DNA from: Trichodelitschia bisporula
Lineage: Eukaryota
NCBI GenBank assembly: GCA_010356995.1
Contig: ML996697.1
Span: 678,153 to 727,717, forward strand
Reading direction: 5' to 3'
DNA length: 49,565 nt
Translations under genes and position numbers: made by a program
The notes under the pieces: model-generated
Databases searched by the model: none
What the model saw: the letters and a program-made list of their open reading frames with translations, nothing else
What the model was told of the DNA's origin: nothing
Shown: piece after piece, positions 41,301 through 49,565 of the stretch
Layout: each line of letters starts with the position of its first letter
Numbering within the stretch: the stretch's first letter is position 1

Positions 41301-44300
41301 CCCCCTCGGTTTTCATCTCCATCATGCGCGTGCGAAACGAATGGCACCCAACCTGGCGGTGTGCACCCAAAAAGACCACCATTTCCGCTCCGGTCGAAAA
41401 CCCGAACGATGTTCCACTTGACAACCAAGCCCCAGCTCCGATCACGAAGACTGCCAATTCTGGTGGTATATATACATCTGGTTCATGGGTCGGCGACCGG
41501 TGATGCGCAGGTGGTTTATCGACGGTTGGGATGCGATTGTGGTTTGTCTACTGTTTTTAGGGATGCGAATGTGGTTCATATCAAGGTATACTTAAATCAT
41601 GATCATGTCGGCAGTCTTTTCTCACCCTCTGCTATTAAATGTGATGTAAAGCCGCCCTGAACATTAGATATATCCGGAATATCTTGGAATTGATACTTGA
41701 TACAAAGTACACCATTGATGGAACGGATGCCGACGTCATCTCCGGACACTCTCGCCTCTGATCCGTCTTCGTATAAGAGAGCATTGGCCTGGAATCGAGA
41801 ACCCGCTCTCCGGCTCATCTAAGAAGAGGATGAAGATAAGGACATGCACGTCTTCATGGAGGGGGTCGAGTTTTGAGATCATATCATTGAGAATGAAGAA
41901 GGGAAAACGTGTCGGACAGAAGATTTTGTGCGGTTCTTCACACATGAGGCGTGATGCTCTGGGGCTTACGGTTACCCTCGAGTGGTACTTTCCTCAATTA
42001 CCCGCGAGTGGCACCTTACTCAACTACCCGTTACTGGCACCTTTCTCCGCACTGTCATCCATGAACGTCAGTCACCAAAAGTCTTAGCATGTATCTTCAC
42101 AAAACCACTCTCTCTGGATAGCTTTCTCCGTAACCTGAAATCTAAACCTTTCTCACAACTCCTCTTTCCTCACTGGACCTTCGCCTACTTCGAAGAGATG
42201 AACAAACGCTTTCTCCCGGCTGATACACCCCGCTATCATAACCGAAGACTCACTTCGTTGAGCGACAAGGGGCGCCAACAACCTTGAGCGCAGAATAGAG
42301 GAGATGAAGTCAACAAATGCGGAGAAGTTGCAAAATGACTTAGCGGCGGTCTCACCAACGCGGCTATCGGCCGGTATGTATCTGCGGCTATAGTTCTGTT
42401 ATACTCGACAAGATCGTTCGGTAGGCCTCCTTGCGGTCTTAGGGCGGCTGGATTAGTGTTAAAGTTTCAGTGTTTGTTCTGGCGAGGGTCACCGCATATA
42501 CTAGCCCGGCAGGTTACGCGCAACATCCCCTCGAAAGCACATCTTCCGACTTCGCCGCCACCGCCAAACGCAAATGTCACCGGTGCTGTCGTTGGAGGCA
42601 TCGTTCCGGCTGGGATGATACCGCGTCGCCATAAGGATCCGGGAAGCCATCTTATACACTGCCCCGACGGTTGCACACAACCCAACGCCTCAGGGTGGGG
42701 GAACGCAGCCAAACTGGGTGTTGTTCCGCACCCGTCGGGGGCCCAGCTTCACACGGCTGCCCTACAGGAGGCGACCAGAAGCAAGCTCATAGCTTCCTAG
42801 AGGAGTCAATGGCAAACGGACATGCCACGTTTGCATGCCTGCCTATCAGCCACCAACACCACGGCTTCTCACGCTCCACTGCGGGTGGGGAGTCAGTGAA
42901 GGGTACTCGGGTGCCCTCTAGCGACCATAAACTACTATTCCATGCAGTTTCCTTCGTTCTCGGTCTCCCACCCGTGTTGGTGGGGTATATACAACCGCCC
43001 AGGCGATCCATTCCCTCGCACGTCATACCACATGTGCTGCGGGGAGGATGGGGTATATACACATGCCGCGCGACCTCTTTTTGGCGTTGACATAAACTCA
43101 TACGCAGGGATTTCGAAATATACGGCCCTGTCGCCTCAGTTGCTGTTGCGCGTTACCTGCTGGCTCGGTATCAAGACACATGTCCTCCATCTCTGCGACT
43201 ACCGGCGCGGCACTGTCGGTCCAGGCAGGGAACTGGGCTTTCAATATATAGGCTGTAGACCGAGCTGGTGGCAGCGCATACCCGCGTTCAACACATCCAT
43301 TCGTCCGGAACGAGCGTTGACGAGGTGGCGATCCACTTTAACGGCGTTGCGACGGTGCCAGATGATGTCTACGACAAGGTTTGTATACATTCTTCCCCAC
43401 ACATATCCCGCCACCCCCAACTACAAGCGTTCTCACTCCAGTGCGTGGAAACAGGTACAGAGCGGAGGAAGGGCGATACTGGGAAGGCGAAGCGGCTGAG
43501 GGCTGGAGTGATGCGTGCGATGGAAGGACTTGTTGTGATGGGCTAGGAAGATACGGAGTATTCAAGTGGGATGACATGTATATAATAATAATAATAATAG
43601 CTTGATTACGCCCAGGCTTGTTTTAGTTAGCCGTATGGTCGGGTCTCACCACTTTAGGAGTGGGTTTGACCAATTTCTTTGGTTCTACACGGCAAAAACC
43701 CTCCCTGGAAGGTTGAGGAAAAGCCCTGGAAATCGTCCTTTGGAGAGGGGCATGTGAGCCCCACGCCTTTTACATGTGTTTATCGTCTTTTCTGTGCACC
43801 ATTCTTGTGTGTCCCAAGCGAGAACCTGGCTGCACGCCGAGAAACTGAAAAACACTCCATGTCCCAATTAAACCCCAAAAACGCCGAACGCCTACAGCAA
43901 CGCAGATTCCATGATTCTAGGTCATGTGATCGAAAGAGAGAAGGAGAGGAAGGAAATTGAGGAATGCCAGGTGGTGTCCGGAGGCCACCAAGGGGGGGGG
44001 GCGGGTCCTCTTTGGGGGAGATCCGGTTCCTGGTAGCAAGGGTGGTGTTGAATCCGCTCTTCTTCACGTGTGGGTAGACTGGTGTTGTTGCTAGTCCTAG
44101 TATGTTGTATTTGTGGTTGGGGAGAGGGCACCTCAGGGGGTTTGCTGCTGGGTTGGGGGACGGTGTTGACCCTGAAGACGGGGATTGGGTTCGCGCTGCG
44201 TGGTGTCGTATGGTGAGGTCTGTGGCCTCCGTTGTATTAAGCTTTTCCGGCTCTCTTGGGATGACATGTATATAAGCAGTGCCTGTGGGCCATTTATTCA

Positions 44301-44850
44301 GCCTTTGCAACCGCGCCAACCACCTTGTCTCAGTTACCACTTCCCGCAACCGTGCTCCGAAAGTGTCTGCCCGGGAAACTCCTCAAATAGAGCCTGCTCC
44401 TCATACCCCACATCCCGCCTCGACCCAGCCCTAATCTCGTCATAACAGTTCTCATGGGCAAAACGACACGTATTTTGGGTGAGCAGGCTCGATTACGTGT
44501 TCAGCTGCCAGCGCTTGCTTTTTTTGGTTTATATATAATTTTGGTTAAGCAACTGGTACATACGGCCATAGGTCGGAGAATGTATCTATGGTCGCGTCCC
44601 AATTTGGTAAAACTCTGAATTTGCACTGCCGTCATATATCCTTTGTCATTAGGCTTGGCGAATATCGTCCAATTAAAGTTGCCATTATTAAGCGCGCGAC
44701 TACGTAAGGGAATTGTCGATTCTTCTTTTCAACTTCTCAAATTTCCAGGACGACGAATAAGGCGTCCTTAGATGCCTTCGGTAGGGGCGTTGTTAGATGG
44801 TCCTTAGGAGGGCTAGGAGGTAAACTAGTTAATGCTCTGACTTAAATATC

Positions 44851-45020
44851 NNNNNNNNNNNNNNNNNNNNNNNNNNNNNNNNNNNNNNNNNNNNNNNNNN
44901 NNNNNNNNNNNNNNNNNNNNNNNNNNNNNNNNNNNNNNNNNNNNNNNNNNNNNNNNNNNNNNNNNNNNNNNNNNNNNNNNNNNNNNNNNNNNNNNNNNNN
45001 NNNNNNNNNNNNNNNNNNNN
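44851..45020. other. Assembly gap (170 N)
   Basis: Run of N. Confidence 1.
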
Positions 45021-45783
45021 CCTCCGATATTCCTAATGGAGATGCACTTTTCAGTGACCCTGAAAAGTGTATGGCGGAGGCTGACCCTGAGCTGGTTATG
45101 TTGTTCCTGAAATGGACTTTGGACACGCGAAAGGGAATCCGAAAAGAGATAACTATTAACGTCTACTATGACCGGTGGCACGCCGCTCGAAGACAAATAC
45201 CACATCACCGAGTGTGGAGCCTTGAGGACAGGAGGCGTGTCAATTCAGTAAGAGACTCATCTTGATAAACTCGAAACTAATTTTGTATAGTTCATCTCTT
45301 TGGATCTAGCCTCTCAGCCTGGACTCAGTAGAGAACGGCAGCCGAAGCCTGTCCTAAGCTTTGCCGATATGGCCATCCTTCTCAACCACCTTTGGAAATG
45401 GGACAGACTGCAGTATACCAACGAGAGGTTACGAGTCCAAGTAACCTTGGTTATACTGATTTCGATGGCTACGACAACAAGGCCAGCGGCATTGCTAGAG
45501 CCGGTGTACGCCAAACAAGGTCATGGGAATTACCCAAAGTTCTTCGTTATGAGCATGTCAGGCTCTCCTTAGTCCGTGATTCCGAACGGATGAGACAAAA
45601 GCTGGTTCTGGAAATCAACCTTATCTTTCACAAAGGATACGAGCGAAATCCCAGACCGTAAATAACTTCAGTTTGGCATTTGCATGCTAATAATCTTCTA
45701 CAAGAACCACCCACATTCTTACCGAGACAGAGGAGCTCATCATTGATCCTATAATACTCCTGCTGGTTCTCGCATTCTGTTAA
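45021..45783 (+). mobile_element. DUF3435-type tyrosine recombinase (Starship captain-like), frameshifted and 3'-truncated relic
   Basis: With introns 45248-45290 and 45658-45704 it reads ...FLKWTLDTRKGIRKEITINVYY...|...RERQPKPVLSFADMAILLNHLWKWDRLQYTNERLRVQVTLVILISMATTTRPAALLE (frameshift ~45520-45540) LRYEHVRLSLVRD...LVLEINLIFHKGYERNPRP|TTHILTETEELIIDPIILLLVLAFC*. This follows the ERxRvQ..TxxRPxAL..LxYxDv.L.lvR..KG..lifdPi.lllxLAf succession typical of DUF3435 proteins. Confidence 0.75.
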
Positions 45784-46560
45784 AATTAAGTGTGAACTTG
45801 ACTGAGTTGCTTGATCGACTAACAGTGGGAAGTGAGCTGACTATATACCTCGCCAGGAGACGACCCCTGTCTCCTGGCTCCGCTCCAGCCACCCCAGGTT
45901 GCCGCCACAAATTCAACATATCTCCTCCATCTGAACAGTCTGTATGCTCCGTCTGTCCCTCACTGCGCTGCCAAACTCCCGCCCAAAACCATGACCGCCA
46001 CTCCGGCATCCTCCTGAGCCTGTTTATGCTCGAGCCCTGGTCAGTCTCGATATCCCGTACAGCACCTACGACGCGGGCATAGACAACGCAAGCAGCGTGG
46101 GCGGTGCTGATGGCGGAAGGTATCCAAGACTTGTGTTTGTATATCCAAGTGATTGTCCTCTGGAATCTTCCAGCCTGTTCCCTTTTGCCACTTATTACAA
46201 ATTGTGAGCCACAGTCGGCTTCTGCTTGCCGACGCCACTGTTGATCGCGCAATGATGTGGCGAGGTTGTCGTATGCCACCGCCATCAGGTGCAACATGGA
46301 TGAACAACCGGGTATGTCCTCCAGCGAAGTCTTCGTCTATGAACTGATCAGTTGGTAGGAGAACCCGATGCCCCGTGGCATGTGGCTGTGTCTCCTCCAA
46401 TCTCGTCCTCTCCGCGCCCGACAGCTCACAGCCTCATTCTTGGCATTCTGCCCCGCAGTTGAGCTCAGCTCGAAGCCCAAAAGCCTCGCCTTTAACCTCC
46501 AGTTCCACTCCTGCATTTTCACAAGTCCGCAATTTCTTGACTAGCATCATTATTTCCAAG

Positions 46561-49500
46561 ATGCCACCTGCAAAGCGGATCCGGACACGGGGCCGCTTCC
46601 ATGCCTCTTCCAGTCTTTCACGACCCTCCTCACCTGTTGCTGGTGAGACCATCGCACCTGCCCCCGCGAGCAATGTCAGCCAGACTTCAACCTTACCACT
46701 TGCCCTCCATAGAACCACCAACAGAAAGCCAACCCGCCAACTTCGTCACGAAGACTACACAATAGGGTGGATTTGCGCGCTCCCGATTGAACTTGCAGCA
46801 GCCCAGGAGATGCTCGATGAAGTGCACCAACCTCTTCCCCAGGACGCGTCCGATCCTAATAGCTACACGCTCGGCCGCGTTGGCGAACGCAATACGGTGA
46901 TCATGGTCTTGGCGCGGACGGGCACAAACTCGGCCGCCTCGGCTGTTGCTCGTATGAAGTCTACCTTCACTTCGGTTAAGCTCGGCGTCATGGTCGGCAT
47001 CGGAGGCGGTGTGCCAAGCCCAAAAGTCGACATCCGGCTTGGGGACGTTGTCGTTTGCGAACCGTCCAAGGATTGTGGCGGAGTGATTCAGTACGACTTG
47101 GGCAAGACCAGGCCGGGCAGAGTTGAACGAACTGGATACTTGAACGCACCCCCAGAAGCCTTGCAGAGCGCGCTGGCGAGTCTGAAGGCTGGCCATCTGA
47201 AAGGAAGAGTTGGTTTCCTAGATCATCTTGCAAAGCTCAGCAACCAGCCCCTTTTCGCTCGCGACAAGGCTGGGCCCGATGTCCTATACAACGCTGTGTA
47301 CAACCATGAGGAGGGAGAGGAAAACTGCAACAATTGTAAGGAAGAACATAGCGTGCGGCGCCAGACACGTGGCGAACATGTCATGGTTCACTACGGTACG
47401 ATCGCTTCGGGGAATCAAGTCATGCGCGATGCCAAGGAAAGGGACAAAGTCAGCAGGAAGCTTGGAGGCGTACTCTGTTTTGAGATGGAGGCGGCGGGGC
47501 TCATGAACAGTTTTCCGTGCCTTGTTGTGCGGGGAATCTGCGACTACTCTGACTCGCATAAGAACAAGAGCTGGCAGCCGTACGCGGCGGGGACGGCGGC
47601 AGCGTACGCTAAAGAGCTTCTATTGTTGGTTCCGCCGGCCAAAGTCGAAATGCCAGAAGATCCACCCGCGCCGGCAATGCTCCTAAACTTGCCTAGGGCT
47701 GCAGACACACCATCCAACCCACACGAGCGGAAAAAAGCGCCTTGCCTGACTGGTACCCGAGTCGAACTTCTCAAAAAGATATACGCCTGGGCTTACGGGG
47801 AGAACTCGCCAAATATTTTCTGGTTGAGTGGTTTAGCTGGCACCGGCAAGTCCACCGTGGCTCAAACTGTGGCCGCCGAATGTTTTGAGAAGGGAAGGCT
47901 TGGAGGCAGCTTCTTCTTCTCGCGAAGTGGCGCAGATGTCCGGCATGCCGGCAAGTTCGTGACAAGCATCGCAGCGCAACTTGCAGACAATGTGTCGGGG
48001 GCAAAGCGGTCTCTCTACAAGGCTCTAAAGGAGCGAGACACCATCATTGAAGAGCCTATCCGCAGTCAGTGGCATCATCTCATCCTCGGTCCCATGTCGA
48101 AGCTCGAAGGCAACACCTCCTCTGCTCCGTACATCCTGGTAGTCGATGCCCTGGACGAATGCGAGGGCGAGGACGGCATAGGGGAAATTCTGAATCTATT
48201 CGGCTTGCTGAAGAAAACCCGGCTCCGGCTGTTTTTAACGAGTAGACCTGAAGTGCCAATCCGGTTTCCTTTATCTGAAATGCCAACAAGCGAGCACCTA
48301 GACTTTGTGCTCCACGATATTAAGAAGTCGACTGTTGACAATGATATCCGCTTCTTCCTACGGCACGAGCTCGAGCGTTTAGCCCGCAAACACTCTTTTG
48401 ACAAAGATTGGCCAGGCGAGCAAGCCATCGACTCACTTGTCCGGAACGCTAGTGGTCTGTTCATCTGGGCTGAAACTGCATGCCGTTTTGTTGAACAAGG
48501 AAGAATATTGGCTCCCAAGAAACTAGGCTTGATCCTCGATCAAAACCACAGTACTGTGAAAGGGCCAGAGCAGCATCTCGACGAGATCTACGCGACTGTT
48601 CTTCGCCAATCCCTTACCAACTATGAAGGCGATGATGCAGAGGAGGTGCGATCCACATTGAAGGAACTGCTTGGAGGCATCGTGATCCTGTTCAATTCAC
48701 TTTCCATCCCGTCCTTGAGCAGGCTACTAGGCCAGAATGTGGGACAGGCACTGGATGATCTTCACGCCATTTTGGACATTCCAAAGGACATTCGAAAGGA
48801 ACCAGGTGACGCACTCCGTTTACATCACCCTTCGTTTCGTGACTTCCTTCTCAACCCAGGGAGAAGCGAGAAAACAGGTCTATGGGTTGATGAAGAGGAG
48901 GCGCATCGAGACCTTGCCACGAAATGCATACAGGTCATGTCTGACTTCCTTACGCAGGACATGCTTGGAATAAGTCGACCTGGAGTACTCAAGACCGAGG
49001 TCGACAGTCATGAGGTTGAAGGCTCCCTCCATCCTGAGAAGCAGTATGCATGCCTCTACTGGATACAGCATCTTCATAAGAGTGGATCTCAGCTCAACGA
49101 TGACGGTGAAGTTCATGAGTTCCTGAAGGAGCATCTCCTTCATTGGCTTGAGGCGCTTGGATGGATGCAAAAGGTTTCCGAAGGGTTCCATGCCATCGTG
49201 TCTTTGGAGTCCATGATATCGGTAAGCTGGACCTAAAGCAGAGTGGGGATACTTGGCTGATACTTAACTCAGGCGCAGAGGTGTCCCCGACTATCGGAGT
49301 TTGTTCATGACATGAAACGATTTGTCCTCTACAACCGGTCAGCCATCGAACTAGCTCCCTTGCAGACATATTGCAGCGCGCTGGTATTTTCCCCGACAGC
49401 AAGTCTTGTAAAAAGACGGTTTCAAAGCAAAATGCCTCTGTGGATGCCCGGACTACCGCAGGTTAGGGACAACTGGGATGCCTTGCTGCATACGCTCGAG

Positions 49501-49565
49501 GGCCATTCGGATTGGGTCAACGCCGTGGCCTTCTCGCCGGACGGCAAGCAGCTGGCGTCGGCATC
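46561..49565 (+). CDS. Fungal NLR: PNP_UDP_1 effector - NACHT - WD40 (HET-E-like), partial at the window end
   Basis: ATG at 46561. PNP_UDP motifs [25 protein letters not shown] and [35 protein letters not shown] Walker [13 protein letters not shown], Walker [10 protein letters not shown] and ASGLFIWA. Intron 49222-49272 leads to [32 protein letters not shown] and the first WD40, [23 protein letters not shown]. Confidence 0.95.

Noticed and set aside
43680..44445. Possible retrotransposon gag/LTR fragment (ORF 43780-44349 -)
   Set aside because: No zinc knuckle, RT, integrase, PBS or paired LTR could be recognised.
45790..46520. Possible continuation of the recombinase or a separate gene between captain and NLR
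   Set aside because: No H-x-x-R/Tyr-region motifs or other recognisable domain in any frame.
46375..46560. N-terminal extension of the NLR ORF
   Set aside because: Non-ATG start and low-complexity sequence; the first ATG is at 46561.

Overview
A GC-rich filamentous-ascomycete (Pezizomycotina-type) genomic window with short GT-AG introns and CTAAC branch sites. Intact core genes are the pentafunctional AROM gene (9774-14456, -), gamma-tubulin complex component GCP3/Spc98 (28799-31780, -) head-to-head with COG8/Dor1 (32017-33339, +), and a secreted BBE-like FAD oxidoreductase (33978-35816, +). There is also a 4-exon secreted Gly/Pro/Lys-rich repeat protein with Kex2-like sites (20263-22499, -). 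Between these lie decayed accessory tracts holding pseudogene fragments: JmjC/JHD1-like, HIR3-like, a P-loop kinase, an NB-ARC piece abutting an AsnRS-like synthetase, and a hairpin element. The most unusual non-coding feature is a ~2.7 kb array of 13 diverged units (25763-28460), each a conserved ~120-bp module plus a variable, often hairpin-bearing segment. After an assembly gap (44851-45020) comes a frameshifted, truncated DUF3435-type tyrosine recombinase (Starship captain-like), followed by a PNP_UDP-NACHT-WD40 NLR gene that runs off the window end. All family assignments are from motif recognition by eye; no searches were run.
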